Origin: Rikenellaceae bacterium
GTDB taxonomy: Bacteria > Bacteroidota > Bacteroidia > Bacteroidales > Rikenellaceae
Direction of reading: 5' to 3'
Length of the DNA stretch: 64,000 nucleotides
Assembly (NCBI GenBank): GCA_021201795.1
Contig: JAJQEF010000016.1
Coordinates: forward strand, 20,531 to 84,530
Position numbers and translations under genes: made by a program. Each line of letters begins with the position of its first letter. Positions within the stretch are counted from its first letter, which is position 1. Below, piece after piece: positions 1 to 10,143 of the stretch. Under the pieces are notes generated by a model. It saw only the letters and a list, made by a program, of their open reading frames with translations. It did not search any database and had not been told where the DNA came from.

Positions 1-830
1 GAAGCGGCGATCCCATCAAACGCGCGGCTGTTATCTCGGATATAGTGGATTCCCTGTCGGTAATCCCGGAAGCTATACCACGTAATATATTTATCAGGGA
101 GAGCAGTACCCTTCTGGGTATCGATGAGGCTCTGCTCGTGAGCGAGGTTTCGAAAAGACGGCGCGATAAAGCGCTGTCCCGTGAGGAAACGGAGTTTCTA
201 AGGAAGCGTGAGAAAAACCTTCCGCAGACGGAGTTCGTTCCGGTAGCCAACGGGACGGTTGTTTCAGGAAGCGGAGTCGAGACGCTCGAATACGAACTGA
301 TATCATATCTTCTCCGTTACGGTATGAAGACAATAAACTTCGGAACCGATGATGAACCGAACGAAATAAAAGTTGCTGAAGCTATTATCGGGGAAATGAA
401 GGATGACGGTATCGAATTGCAGAATAGTTTATACCGAAATATTTACACCGAATTCGTTTCTCTTTACGATAAAATGACCGATCTGGCACAGGAATTTCCT
501 TTGGGTTCGCTGACCGGACATCCTGATCCGGAAATCTGCAACACTGTCGTTGATGTTATGATGAGAACGGATCTTTTGAAACCCAGCGGTTTATGGGAAA
601 GAAACGAGATTGCAGTCGAGAATGAGGAAGACAGACTGCATATCGCCGTACCCAGGGCCATTACTTTGTATAAGACCAAGATAATCGAGAATATGATAAA
701 GTCCCTAAGCGATAGACTTACCGAATTAGCGGAGTTTAACAGCGAAGCCGAAGAGATTCTCAAGCAGATCGATATGCTCAATCAGACGAGAAAACACATA
801 TCGGAAAAATTTTCACGCATCTTATTATAA
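1..830 (+). CDS. dnaG: DNA primase, C-terminal part (5' end outside window)
   Basis: The frame of ORF 45..830 stays open back to nt 3, so the gene starts upstream of the window. The sequence (..DIVDSLSVIPEAIPRNIFIRESSTLLGIDEALL..) resembles the C-terminal region of Bacteroidota DnaG from memory. No TOPRIM part is visible here. Confidence 0.55.
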   Translation, partial: SGDPIKRAAVISDIVDSLSVIPEAIPRNIFIRESSTLLGIDEALLVSEVSKRRRDKALSREETEFLRKREKNLPQTEFVPVANGTVVSGSGVETLEYELISYLLRYGMKTINFGTDDEPNEIKVAEAIIGEMKDDGIELQNSLYRNIYTEFVSLYDKMTDLAQEFPLGSLTGHPDPEICNTVVDVMMRTDLLKPSGLWERNEIAVENEEDRLHIAVPRAITLYKTKIIENMIKSLSDRLTELAEFNSEAEEILKQIDMLNQTRKHISEKFSRILL

Positions 831-889
831 GAAAGATACCAATCCTTAACTTTTATCGTATGGCTACGGACCGGTATCCTAAGGGTCTG

Positions 890-1417
890 TTAGCCCTTTA
901 CTAATCTTCTTAATTGCGGTGTATCCTTCGGAAGCACCCTTTTGATCGGTGAGACCGGATAATACGAGTGCGGTCTGTACTGATAAAGCTGGGTTGCAGC
1001 GAACTTGTTATCCCGCGATATCCACACCTGCCATTTGATTCCCGATGCTTTATTCAGCTCCTTCGGATCGATCTTTCCAAAATCGGAGGATTTCTGAATT
1101 GTGGTCAGTTCTGTAAGAGTTTCCACACCGAAGTTGAAAGATTCGATATCTATTTCCTTGTTAGTTACCGTGTATACATAATGATATTTACCGATAAAGG
1201 CACCGGCACTTTCTGTTATCAACCCGATACATCCGAAAGTAACGAGAAGTATGGATATGAACGATCCGCTCTCGTCGAAGGTCGAACCAACGGCGAACAG
1301 GACTACACTTATAAATAATATTACGACTGAAATTACTGTAAATCTCGGGTTCTTCTTTTTTATTACGGCACCGCCTGACGCCGTGACAATATCGTCAATG
1401 AATTCTTTTGATTCCAT
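890..1417 (-). CDS. hypothetical membrane protein
   Basis: 175-aa ORF with two hydrophobic helices (VISVVILFISVVLFAV, ILLVTFGCIGLI) followed by a soluble C-terminal domain. No family recognised. Confidence 0.45.
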   Translation of the reverse strand: MESKEFIDDIVTASGGAVIKKKNPRFTVISVVILFISVVLFAVGSTFDESGSFISILLVTFGCIGLITESAGAFIGKYHYVYTVTNKEIDIESFNFGVETLTELTTIQKSSDFGKIDPKELNKASGIKWQVWISRDNKFAATQLYQYRPHSYYPVSPIKRVLPKDTPQLRRLVKG

Positions 1418-1497
1418 GTTTTATAATTTTAAAATAGGACAATCGATGCCGGGTTACGCCGGCATGCTTATCAAATAAAATAAGATGTACACGGAAG

Positions 1498-1899
1498 CTA
1501 AATGATAATCCTACATAACATGTACAATCTCAGTACGTTGTGATGCAGGTAGAAGATGTTTTTGAAATTGTCGGAATATGTTTCGAATGTACTTCCTGAA
1601 ATTACATTTTTAACTGGGAAAAAGACAGCGTGATTTTCAGGAACATGGCTCCTTGTCCTTCTGACCGGTGCGCTTTGACTGTTATATCCTGTGGAAATTA
1701 TGAAAAATGTATCCGGAAGTTTCCGGTCGGGACCGTCGTCTTTTGGAGTTAATTCGTAAATTTCCGTCTCTATAAGGGACAGGGAATTATTCCGGTTGTC
1801 CACACTGTTGCCATTGATATAGAAAACCACACACACGGATGCGGCTGTAAGCAACAGATATTTGACTAAATTTTTCAATTCCGGCAAATTTTCATGCAA
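1498..1899 (-). CDS. hypothetical protein (weak gene call)
   Basis: The ORF has no usable ATG, only TTG starts at 1899 or 1878. The 1878 start gives a signal-like MKNLVKYLLLTAASVCVVF. A 7-bp hairpin lies downstream at about 1446-1465. No family recognised. Confidence 0.3.
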   Translation of the reverse strand: MHENLPELKNLVKYLLLTAASVCVVFYINGNSVDNRNNSLSLIETEIYELTPKDDGPDRKLPDTFFIISTGYNSQSAPVRRTRSHVPENHAVFFPVKNVISGSTFETYSDNFKNIFYLHHNVLRLYMLCRIII

Positions 1900-1998
1900 A
1901 GATATAAATTAATATAATTATCGGTATTTGAAACTGTTTATTATTTTATTTATCGGAAATATTGACGTATATTTGCCAATTATAAATCCAAGATACTG

Positions 1999-3306
1999 AT
2001 GAGTTTAGTGGCAATAGTCGGAAGACCGAACGTAGGAAAAAGTACATTGTTCAACCGACTTATAGGCATGAGAAAGGCTATTGTCGATCATACTGCTGGA
2101 ACAACAAGAGACAGGCATTACGGTAAAACCGATTGGAACGGTCGGGAATTTTCCGTTATAGATACGGGAGGATATGCCGTAAATTCCGACGATATTTTCG
2201 AAGACGAGATACGCAAGCAGGTAATGCTCGCCATAGACGAAGCCGATGTCATTATTTTTATGGTTGAAGTTTCGACAGGAATAACAGACCTGGATATGGA
2301 CATGGCGGAGATTCTGCGCAAAACTTCCAAAAAAGTTTTTGTAGTAGTAAACAAAGTGGACAACAACAATCTTTTATATTCCTCCCATGAATTTTATTCA
2401 CTCGGTTTAGGAGAAATCTATTCTATTTCCGCAATGAGCGGAAGCGGTACCGGAGATATACTCGACGAGATAGTCAAGGCTCTTCCCGAGGAACAGAAAA
2501 GCGAAGAAGAGGAAGTGCTCCCTAAAATAACCATAGTAGGACGTCCGAACGTGGGAAAATCATCCTTAACCAACGCCCTTTTAGGCGAAGAACGGAATAT
2601 CGTTACGCCTATCGCCGGAACTACGCGGGATTCGGTTCTTACCAGATACAATAAATTCGGATTGGATTTTTTCCTTGTGGATACCGCCGGTCTGCGTAAA
2701 AAAGGTAAGGTAACGGAAGATCTCGAATTCTATTCTGTTATGCGTTCCATCAGGGCGATAGAAGCATCGGATGTATGTATTCTTATGCTCGATGCTTCTC
2801 AGGGAGTCGAGTCGCAGGATATGAATATCTTCAACCTCATTATAAAAAATAAGAAGGGATGTGTGATCGTGGTAAATAAATGGGACACAGTTGCGGAAAA
2901 ATCCACCAATACCATGCGTGATTTTACGGAAGTTATCAAAAGAAAACTTGCTCCGTTCAATGACGTACCTGTCATATTCACTTCAGTGATAAATAAACAG
3001 AGAATAATGGATGTGCTCCAGTCTGCGATAAAGGTATACGAATCCAGAAAAAGAGTTATCCGTACATCCGAACTTAACGAGTTCCTTCTACCTATAATCG
3101 AAGAAACACCGCCCCCGGCAGTTAAGGGAAAATATATTAAGATAAAATATATTACACAGCTTCCTTCGCCGACGCCGTCGTTTGCATTCTTTGTTAATCT
3201 GCCTCAATACATCAGGGATCCGTACAGAAGGTTCCTTGAAAATAAAATAAGAAACCACTGGGATTTTTCCGGTGTTCCGCTCCAGATATTTTTCAGACAG
3301 AAGTAA
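1999..3306 (+). CDS. der: ribosome-associated GTPase Der/EngA
   Basis: Two tandem GTPase domains: [22 protein letters not shown] and [22 protein letters not shown]. 435 aa. Confidence 0.95.
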   Translation: MSLVAIVGRPNVGKSTLFNRLIGMRKAIVDHTAGTTRDRHYGKTDWNGREFSVIDTGGYAVNSDDIFEDEIRKQVMLAIDEADVIIFMVEVSTGITDLDMDMAEILRKTSKKVFVVVNKVDNNNLLYSSHEFYSLGLGEIYSISAMSGSGTGDILDEIVKALPEEQKSEEEEVLPKITIVGRPNVGKSSLTNALLGEERNIVTPIAGTTRDSVLTRYNKFGLDFFLVDTAGLRKKGKVTEDLEFYSVMRSIRAIEASDVCILMLDASQGVESQDMNIFNLIIKNKKGCVIVVNKWDTVAEKSTNTMRDFTEVIKRKLAPFNDVPVIFTSVINKQRIMDVLQSAIKVYESRKRVIRTSELNEFLLPIIEETPPPAVKGKYIKIKYITQLPSPTPSFAFFVNLPQYIRDPYRRFLENKIRNHWDFSGVPLQIFFRQK

Positions 3307-3317
3307 AATTTACGGCT

Positions 3318-4745
3318 ATGAAAAGAACCGCATTATTATTTCTATTATTAATACCGTTTTTATCTTCCGGACAATGGAACCAGCCTGCCGGTTCAGTAGG
3401 GAAGGAATATCCGCGAACGGATTTTAACAGTTACGAACGAAGGGACGATGCAGTTACTCTCGATCCTGAAAGGTCCGATTATTATCTCTCTCTTAACGGA
3501 GAATGGGGGTTCACGATATCCGATCCGGGAAGTCTGAATCCGGCATTTCTTTCAGGAGAAAGGGGAAGATACGACACTAAACCGGTTCCTGGTTACTGGG
3601 ACAATATGACCCCGACTGCGCTTGACGGACTGACTGCGCCACAACTCCCTTCGGATAATAGAGCAGGAATATACCGTCAGTTCGTTACCATACCCGTAGG
3701 CTGGCTCGACAGAGATATATTTGTAAAAGTAAAAGGATTGAAATCCGGTGCTGGATTGTATATTAACGGAAATTACGTGGGTTATGCAGAAGATTCTTCG
3801 GTTCCTGCCGAATTCAATATCTCTAAATTCGTTTCGGACGGAACGAATGTTATAGCTATCGCGGTTTACAAATGGACCACGGGGAGCTGGATGGAAAATG
3901 CTTCGCTGACAGGCACGGGTATCGAAGCCGGAGTCAGCCTCTATTCCCAGCCAAGGGTGCATATTCAGGATTTTTTCGTCAGAACCTCTACAGATGCGGA
4001 TCATAAAAAAGGATTTATAGATATGGATATTGTCGTAGTAAACAATTCGAATTATGAAAGTGCTGCAGAAGCATGGTTCGATCTTATGGACCATAACGGT
4101 AAAGTAGTAAGATATAATTATAAAGAGATTATTGTTCCGGGAACAGGAGGAAAGGATACCGTAAGTTTTCGTGCGGAAGTTCCGAATGCAAAGCTGTGGT
4201 GTACGAACGATCCGTATCAGTACAGTCTTATGCTCAGGGTTAAACATAACGGACGGTTTACGGAATATATTCCTTATAAAGTTGGGATCAGGAACATAGA
4301 AGCAAACGGCGAAGTCGTTAATTTAAATGGACAGGCTGTTACGTTAAATTCGTACGAATATAATTATAACGGTACCGGTTTCCGGAAAGAAACCATTAAA
4401 GATGAACTTATGGATCTGAAAAAACAAGGCTATAATATTATATCGTGTGCGTATCATCCTGATAAGAACCTGGTTTATTCGATATGCGACGAACTCGGAA
4501 TTTTAGTAACGGATGTTATCAATATCGACGCATCGTTAACGGGAAATAGCAAGGCGGAAGGCGGAACCCTCGGCAATAATCCGGATTTTGTAAATCCGTA
4601 CGTTCAAAGGACAGAGGAAGCGTATTATAATTCGCGTAACCATACTTCCGTAATTGAATTGAATTTTAGTGAAAAAGCCGGACGCGGTTATAATATTTAC
4701 CGTGTCAACCAGAAATTAAAAGAATTGTACCGTAAGGGTAATTAA
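3318..4745 (+). CDS. secreted glycoside hydrolase family 2-like protein, truncated and probably non-catalytic
   Basis: Signal peptide MKRTALLFLLLIPFLSSG. GH2 sugar-binding region (GEWGF, YINGNYVGYAEDSSVPAEFNIS), an Ig-like domain, and the start of the TIM barrel. The protein ends about 25 aa after NHTSVIELNFSEKAG, which aligns to LacZ NHPSVIIWSLGNESG. No nucleophile region is present. Confidence 0.6.
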   Translation: MKRTALLFLLLIPFLSSGQWNQPAGSVGKEYPRTDFNSYERRDDAVTLDPERSDYYLSLNGEWGFTISDPGSLNPAFLSGERGRYDTKPVPGYWDNMTPTALDGLTAPQLPSDNRAGIYRQFVTIPVGWLDRDIFVKVKGLKSGAGLYINGNYVGYAEDSSVPAEFNISKFVSDGTNVIAIAVYKWTTGSWMENASLTGTGIEAGVSLYSQPRVHIQDFFVRTSTDADHKKGFIDMDIVVVNNSNYESAAEAWFDLMDHNGKVVRYNYKEIIVPGTGGKDTVSFRAEVPNAKLWCTNDPYQYSLMLRVKHNGRFTEYIPYKVGIRNIEANGEVVNLNGQAVTLNSYEYNYNGTGFRKETIKDELMDLKKQGYNIISCAYHPDKNLVYSICDELGILVTDVINIDASLTGNSKAEGGTLGNNPDFVNPYVQRTEEAYYNSRNHTSVIELNFSEKAGRGYNIYRVNQKLKELYRKGN

Positions 4746-4765
4746 TTGATATAAATATTTGATTT

Positions 4766-6610
4766 ATGTGTGGAATAGTCGGATATATTGGAAGACAGGA
4801 TGCTTATCCTATTCTTATAAAGGGCCTTCAACGACTTGAATATAGGGGGTATGACAGTGCCGGTGTGGCATTGATAAACCCTGATAACAAACTGAATGTT
4901 TACAAAGCTAAGGGCAAGGTTGCTGATTTGGAGTACAACGCTTCGAGCAAGGATACTTCCGGAACAATCGGTATAGCTCATACGAGATGGGCGACTCACG
5001 GAGAACCGAATGACGTAAACGCGCATCCGCATTATTCCCAGAGTGAGAATCTCGCTCTCATTCATAACGGGATAATAGAGAACTACATGGTAATTAAACA
5101 GGAACTTATTCGCAACGGCTATACATTTAAAAGCAGTACGGATACCGAGGTTCTTGTCCATTTTATAGAATATATTAAGAAAACCAATAAGGTGGATCTT
5201 TGTCGTGCCGTTCAGCTGGCTATGGGTGAGATTATAGGTGCATATGCGATAGCGATAATCGACAAGAACGATCCTGACCAGATAATTGCCGCAAGAAAGA
5301 GCAGTCCACTCGTTATAGGTATCGGTGAAGATGAGTTCTTCCTCGCTTCGGACGCTACTCCGATAATCGAATATACTCCCCGGGTCATTTACATTAAAGA
5401 TGAGGAAATCGCGGTAATAAGAAGGAATAAACCGATCCGGATTCTTAACATGAGAGATATCGAACAGACTCCTGAGATTAAAACCCTTGAAATGAATCTC
5501 ACTCAGTTTGAGAAAGGCGGTTATCCTCATTTTATGATAAAAGAAATCAACGAGCAGCCGAGAACTATCGTAGACTGCATCAGGGGACGTATCAACATTG
5601 AAGCGACGGATGTGATTCTTTCCGGAGTGCTCGACAATAAAGAACGATTCGAAAATGCGAGAAGAATAATTATAGTCGCCTGTGGCACTTCGTGGCATGC
5701 CGCATTGATAGGGGAACACCTTATAGAAGATCTTTGCCGTATACCTGTCGAGGTCGAATATGCTTCGGAATTCCGTTACAGGAACCCTGTTATCGATAAG
5801 GACGATATTGTCATAGCGATATCACAATCAGGTGAAACTGCTGATACACTTGCAGCAATGGAACTGGCGAAGTCCAAAGGTGCATTTATTTACGGTATCT
5901 GTAATGTAGTGGGTTCTTCTATTGCGAGGGGTACGGATGCAGGGTCTTATGTACACGTGGGCCCCGAAATAGGAGTGGCTTCAACCAAAGCATTTACCGG
6001 ACAGGTTATGGTGCTTTCAATGATGGCTCTTACGATGGCAAAACAACGTAAAACTATTACGGACGAATTATACAAATCCCTGATTAAGGAGTTAATCATA
6101 ATTCCTGAAAAAATGAAGAAGGTACTCGAACTTAACGAAACGATCCGGGATCTGTCGAAAATATTTACCTATGCGCATAATTTCATTTATCTGGGACGAG
6201 GATACAATTATCCTGCTGCTCTGGAAGGTGCGCTAAAGCTGAAAGAAATATCTTATATACATGCCGAAGGTTATCCAGCTGCGGAAATGAAACATGGTCC
6301 TATCGCTCTGATAGATGCGGAGATGCCGGTAGTAGCCATTGCCACGACAGACAGCATATATGAAAAAACTATAAGCAATATTCAGGAAATAAAAGCCCGT
6401 AAAGGACGCGTAATAGCACTTGTTACCGAAGGGGACGATGTCGTCTGCAATATAGCTGATTATTGTATCGAGGTACCTAAAACACTCGAGTATTTCGCTC
6501 CGCTTATCTCGGCGATACCTTTACAACTGTTGGCTTATTATATAGCGGTTAATAAAGGTTGTAATGTCGATCAGCCGAGAAATCTGGCAAAAAGTGTTAC
6601 CGTAGAATAA
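4766..6610 (+). CDS. glmS: glutamine--fructose-6-phosphate aminotransferase
   Basis: N-terminal MCGIVGY (Ntn cysteine), two SIS domains, C-terminal ..NLAKSVTVE. 614 aa. Confidence 0.97.
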   Translation: MCGIVGYIGRQDAYPILIKGLQRLEYRGYDSAGVALINPDNKLNVYKAKGKVADLEYNASSKDTSGTIGIAHTRWATHGEPNDVNAHPHYSQSENLALIHNGIIENYMVIKQELIRNGYTFKSSTDTEVLVHFIEYIKKTNKVDLCRAVQLAMGEIIGAYAIAIIDKNDPDQIIAARKSSPLVIGIGEDEFFLASDATPIIEYTPRVIYIKDEEIAVIRRNKPIRILNMRDIEQTPEIKTLEMNLTQFEKGGYPHFMIKEINEQPRTIVDCIRGRINIEATDVILSGVLDNKERFENARRIIIVACGTSWHAALIGEHLIEDLCRIPVEVEYASEFRYRNPVIDKDDIVIAISQSGETADTLAAMELAKSKGAFIYGICNVVGSSIARGTDAGSYVHVGPEIGVASTKAFTGQVMVLSMMALTMAKQRKTITDELYKSLIKELIIIPEKMKKVLELNETIRDLSKIFTYAHNFIYLGRGYNYPAALEGALKLKEISYIHAEGYPAAEMKHGPIALIDAEMPVVAIATTDSIYEKTISNIQEIKARKGRVIALVTEGDDVVCNIADYCIEVPKTLEYFAPLISAIPLQLLAYYIAVNKGCNVDQPRNLAKSVTVE

Positions 6611-6614
6611 AATT

Positions 6615-6642
6615 AAAAATGCCGTCAAACGACGGCATTTTT
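6615..6642. terminator. bidirectional terminator hairpin
   Basis: aaaaatgccgtc-aaac-gacggcattttt between the convergent glmS and DUF4294 genes. Confidence 0.75.
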
Positions 6643-7271
6643 TATAATTGTCCCGCTTCGAGCAGAAGCACCAACTGCTCAAGGATTTTGTCTTCGCCTT
6701 CCTTGTCGTATCTGTCTTTCAGGTTGGCCCCGAATAATTTGGCTATACCCTGGTATAGGAAGGCGCTGAACCCTCCCCGTAATTCCTTGACAAGTTCATA
6801 GGAGGTTTGCCCGGTCTCACGATCGATAAGTTTGATCAATATCTTCCCCTGTGTAAATGTCATTCCTTTAATTGTCGGTGTAAAAGCCTTCTTCAGCTCT
6901 TTTTCCATTTGTTTTATGTACTGATCTTTTTCCCGCTGCGTACCGAGAGTCTCTACGTGAGCTTCTATTTCCCGTAGTGTTTTGTTTGCGTATACCGCTA
7001 TCGGATAAACGATCTTAAGATTTTTAATCAGTCGTTCGTAACGACGCATATCAGCCTTACGCGGAAGAACGTATATCGGAGCCAGCCGCACATGAGCCAG
7101 TGTGTCTCCGTTAATTATCGTACTTTCCACGAGATAATATGGTTTCACGACATAATTGGTATTCTCGGACAGTGGCGGAGGTTCTATGAGGATCTGGGCC
7201 TTACCCATAATATTCGATGATACTATGAGAATTGCCGACAGTAGTAATATTTTCAAAAATCTTTTCCGCAT
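6642..7271 (-). CDS. DUF4294 domain protein
   Basis: Signal peptide plus RRYERLIKNLKIVYP..TFTQGKILIKLIDRETGQTSYELVKELRG..LFGANLK, typical of Bacteroidota DUF4294 (from memory). The ORF extends to 7292 via a TTG start; the ATG at 7271 is preferred. Confidence 0.6.
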   Translation of the reverse strand: MRKRFLKILLLSAILIVSSNIMGKAQILIEPPPLSENTNYVVKPYYLVESTIINGDTLAHVRLAPIYVLPRKADMRRYERLIKNLKIVYPIAVYANKTLREIEAHVETLGTQREKDQYIKQMEKELKKAFTPTIKGMTFTQGKILIKLIDRETGQTSYELVKELRGGFSAFLYQGIAKLFGANLKDRYDKEGEDKILEQLVLLLEAGQL

Positions 7272-7430
7272 AGGACTCGTGCTGGTATGCAAAGATAATT
7301 TATTATAGTAATAACGTTTTATCTTACCGGTTATTTTACGGTTTAAAATGTACTAAAAAAAATTAATATTAAAAAAATTAAAAAAATAAAGTAAAGGTCC
7401 TTATTATTTATTTCTTGAAGAAATTATTGG

Positions 7431-7438
7431 TAAATTTG
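7431..7438 (+). promoter_or_regulatory. Bacteroidota -7 promoter motif TAAATTTG (TAnnTTTG)
   Basis: Matches the TAnnTTTG consensus, 53 nt upstream of the hydrogenase ATG. An A-tract-rich region (7350-7390) precedes it. Confidence 0.4.
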
Positions 7439-7490
7439 CTCGGATTTATTTAATGGTTCTGACAGGAATAAATAACTAAGACCTTTATAT

Positions 7491-8933
7491 ATGGGTAGTG
7501 TTGCTAATCAGGCATCGATAATAAGACGGGAACTGCTTACCCGTATAGCACGATTGCTGATGGATCGCGAACTTGAAGCAAAAATCAACAGGATTCCTCT
7601 GGAGCTGCGTCCGAGAGGTTATGTGGGGTCGTCGCGCTGTTGTATCTATCAAGACCGTGCCGTACTCAAATATAAAATAATGGGACTGCTCGGATATCAT
7701 ATTCAAGACGAAACCGATGAACTTATTTCTTTGTCTGAGTATGCCCGCAAAGCATTCGAGCGAAACAGTATCAGTGCACAGCCTCTGACTGTGGTTGATG
7801 AGGCATGCAGCGCCTGCGTGAAAGTAAATTACGTAGTCACCAATATGTGCCGCGGATGCGTGGCCCGTCCTTGTATGGTGAATTGTCCTAAAGATGCGAT
7901 ACTTTTCGAAGGAGGACAGGCTAAGATCGATCATTCCAAATGCGTTAACTGCGGTCTTTGTCAGAAAAATTGTCCGTTCCACGCGATAATTTATATTCCG
8001 GTTCCCTGCGAGGAATCCTGCCCTGTGGGAGCGATTTCGAAGGATTCGAAAGGGATGGAACACATAGATTACAATAAATGTATTTACTGCGGTAAATGTG
8101 TCGCTGCCTGTCCCTTCGGCGCAGTCACGGAAAAATCACATTTCATCGAGATATTCAGGGCGTTCCGTGAAGGAAAAAAAGTGGTGGCTATGGTTGCTCC
8201 TGCAATAGCAGGACAATTCAAGGCTCCTTTACCCAAAATAATAGGGGCGATAAAGCAATTGGGATTTCACGATGTGATCGAGGTCGCCAAAGGTGCTGAT
8301 ATTACGACTGCCAACGAAGCGGCGGAATTCAAGGAAAAGATGGGAAAAGGGGAGTCTTTTATGACGACTTCATGCTGTCCGAGTTTTGTAGCATCGGTTT
8401 TCAAACATATCCCGGAACTGGTTCCGCATGTCTTCCATACAAAAACACCGATGTACTATACTGCGAGACTGGCGAAAACCATGTATCCGGATGCGGTAAA
8501 TGTTTTTGTGGGGCCGTGTCTTGCGAAAAGACATGAAACGTTTATGAATAAGGATACGGATTACATGCTCAGTTTCGAAGAGCTTTATGCAATGTTTGCA
8601 GCTGCTGGTATCGAAGTATCGGAAGCGGAAGACAGTGAACTCGACAGATCTATCGATTCCTCGGGACGAGGATATCCTGTCTCAGGAGGAGTATCGGGGG
8701 CCATAGTCAAACATTTAAACGGTAAAGTTGATATCAAAACCGTATCTATCGACGGTATCGACAAATCCTCGCTACGTGAGCTTAGATCATTTGCTAAGAA
8801 ATGTCCGGGTAATATGGTGGAGGTTATGGCATGCGAAGGTGGATGTGTAAACGGATGCGGGGTGATAATGAATTCGCGTACAGCGACCAGGCAGATAAAC
8901 GATATGGTCAGAAAACAGGAAGAAAATTTATAA
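7491..8933 (+). CDS. [FeFe] hydrogenase, monomeric group-B-like
   Basis: H-cluster motifs TSCCPSF (C295/C296), GPCLAKRHE (C343) and VMACEGGCVNGCG (C448/C452). Two ferredoxin motifs, CVNCGLCQKNCP and CIYCGKCVAACP, plus extra N-terminal Cys (CSAC..CRGC..C..C). 480 aa. Confidence 0.75.
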   Translation: MGSVANQASIIRRELLTRIARLLMDRELEAKINRIPLELRPRGYVGSSRCCIYQDRAVLKYKIMGLLGYHIQDETDELISLSEYARKAFERNSISAQPLTVVDEACSACVKVNYVVTNMCRGCVARPCMVNCPKDAILFEGGQAKIDHSKCVNCGLCQKNCPFHAIIYIPVPCEESCPVGAISKDSKGMEHIDYNKCIYCGKCVAACPFGAVTEKSHFIEIFRAFREGKKVVAMVAPAIAGQFKAPLPKIIGAIKQLGFHDVIEVAKGADITTANEAAEFKEKMGKGESFMTTSCCPSFVASVFKHIPELVPHVFHTKTPMYYTARLAKTMYPDAVNVFVGPCLAKRHETFMNKDTDYMLSFEELYAMFAAAGIEVSEAEDSELDRSIDSSGRGYPVSGGVSGAIVKHLNGKVDIKTVSIDGIDKSSLRELRSFAKKCPGNMVEVMACEGGCVNGCGVIMNSRTATRQINDMVRKQEENL

Positions 8934-8946
8934 TATTATCATAATT

Positions 8947-10137
8947 ATGTATAACAGGGTAAACGTAACCGAGAAGATATTTTATATCGGAGTAAACGAC
9001 AGAAGAAAGGAATTATTCGAAAATTTATGGCCGTTGCCGAATGGAGTGAGCTACAACTGCTATCTCGTAAGGGATGAAAAAACAGCGTTGATCGATACGG
9101 TAGAGATGGGAACAGCAGGAGATTTTGTCGGACAGGTTATGTCTTTGCTCGACGGCAAGACATTGGATTATCTTATTATAAACCATATGGAGCCTGATCA
9201 TACAGGGGAGATAGGAAATATCGTAAGAAATTTTCCGGACGTTAAGATTGTAGGCAACAATAAAACTTTTAAAGTACTCGAAGCCTATTACGGTATAAAG
9301 GAAAATCTTCTCGAAGTCAAGGACGGCGATTCGATAGATTTCGGTGAACATAAACTGAGTTTCACGATGACTCCCTGGGTGCACTGGCCCGAAACGATGA
9401 TGACGCACGATACCGAAAAGGGGATTCTATTCTCAGGGGACGCGTTCGGATCGTTCGGAACCCTCGACGGTGGGATATTCGACGACGAAGTTGATTTTAA
9501 GTTTTACGAGGACGATATGCTGAGATATTATTCCAATATCGTAGGTAAGTATAGCAATATGGTTCAAAAGGCATTTGCGAAACTCTCTTCTCTTGATATT
9601 AAAATAATTTGTCCGCTTCACGGTCCGGTATGGAGAACCGATCCGTCAAAGGTTATTGCACTTTATGACAAATGGAGCAAGCAGGAAGGAGAAAACGGAG
9701 TGGTTATTATTTACGCTACCATGTATGGAAACACTGCACGTACCGCCGATTATATCGCACGTCAGTTAGCTGAACAGGGGATTAAAAATATTCGCGTTTA
9801 CGATGTTTCTAAAACTCATATCTCATACCTGATCCGCGATGTATGGAAATATAAAGGCGTAATAATCGGAAGCTGTGCGTATAATACTTACATGTTCCCA
9901 TTAATGGAGCATCTTACAACGGAGTTCGAGCATTATGGAGTCAAAAATAAATTCCTCGGAATCTTCGGTGGTTACAGTTGGAGCGGAGGAGGAGTAAGGA
10001 ATCTTATGTCATTCGCGGAAAAAATAAGATGGGAGTTGGTGTCCGATTCGTGCGATGTAGCAGGTAAACCTAATTCAGACAATACCGAGACGACTAAAGG
10101 AATTGCGGTCAATATGGCTGCAAAAATAAGAGGATAA
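8947..10137 (+). CDS. fprA: flavodiiron protein (FprA-type A flavoprotein)
   Basis: Metallo-beta-lactamase-like di-iron motif HMEPDHTGE. C-terminal flavodoxin domain VVIIYATMYGNTARTA. 13 nt after the hydrogenase stop. Confidence 0.85.
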   Translation: MYNRVNVTEKIFYIGVNDRRKELFENLWPLPNGVSYNCYLVRDEKTALIDTVEMGTAGDFVGQVMSLLDGKTLDYLIINHMEPDHTGEIGNIVRNFPDVKIVGNNKTFKVLEAYYGIKENLLEVKDGDSIDFGEHKLSFTMTPWVHWPETMMTHDTEKGILFSGDAFGSFGTLDGGIFDDEVDFKFYEDDMLRYYSNIVGKYSNMVQKAFAKLSSLDIKIICPLHGPVWRTDPSKVIALYDKWSKQEGENGVVIIYATMYGNTARTADYIARQLAEQGIKNIRVYDVSKTHISYLIRDVWKYKGVIIGSCAYNTYMFPLMEHLTTEFEHYGVKNKFLGIFGGYSWSGGGVRNLMSFAEKIRWELVSDSCDVAGKPNSDNTETTKGIAVNMAAKIRG

Positions 10138-10143
10138 AAAACT

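Noticed and set aside
4746-4765. A glmS ribozyme upstream of glmS.
   Set aside because: Only 20 nt separate glmS from the preceding gene, far too short for the ribozyme.
4742-5719. A 325-aa ORF antisense to glmS. Similar long antisense ORFs occur at 3552..4247, 7485..8063, 11865..12530, 20556..21092, 32643..33197, 35034..35702 and 47973..48542.
   Set aside because: Each lies entirely inside a confidently identified gene on the other strand. They have low-complexity or odd composition and no recognisable motif. They are typical shadow ORFs.
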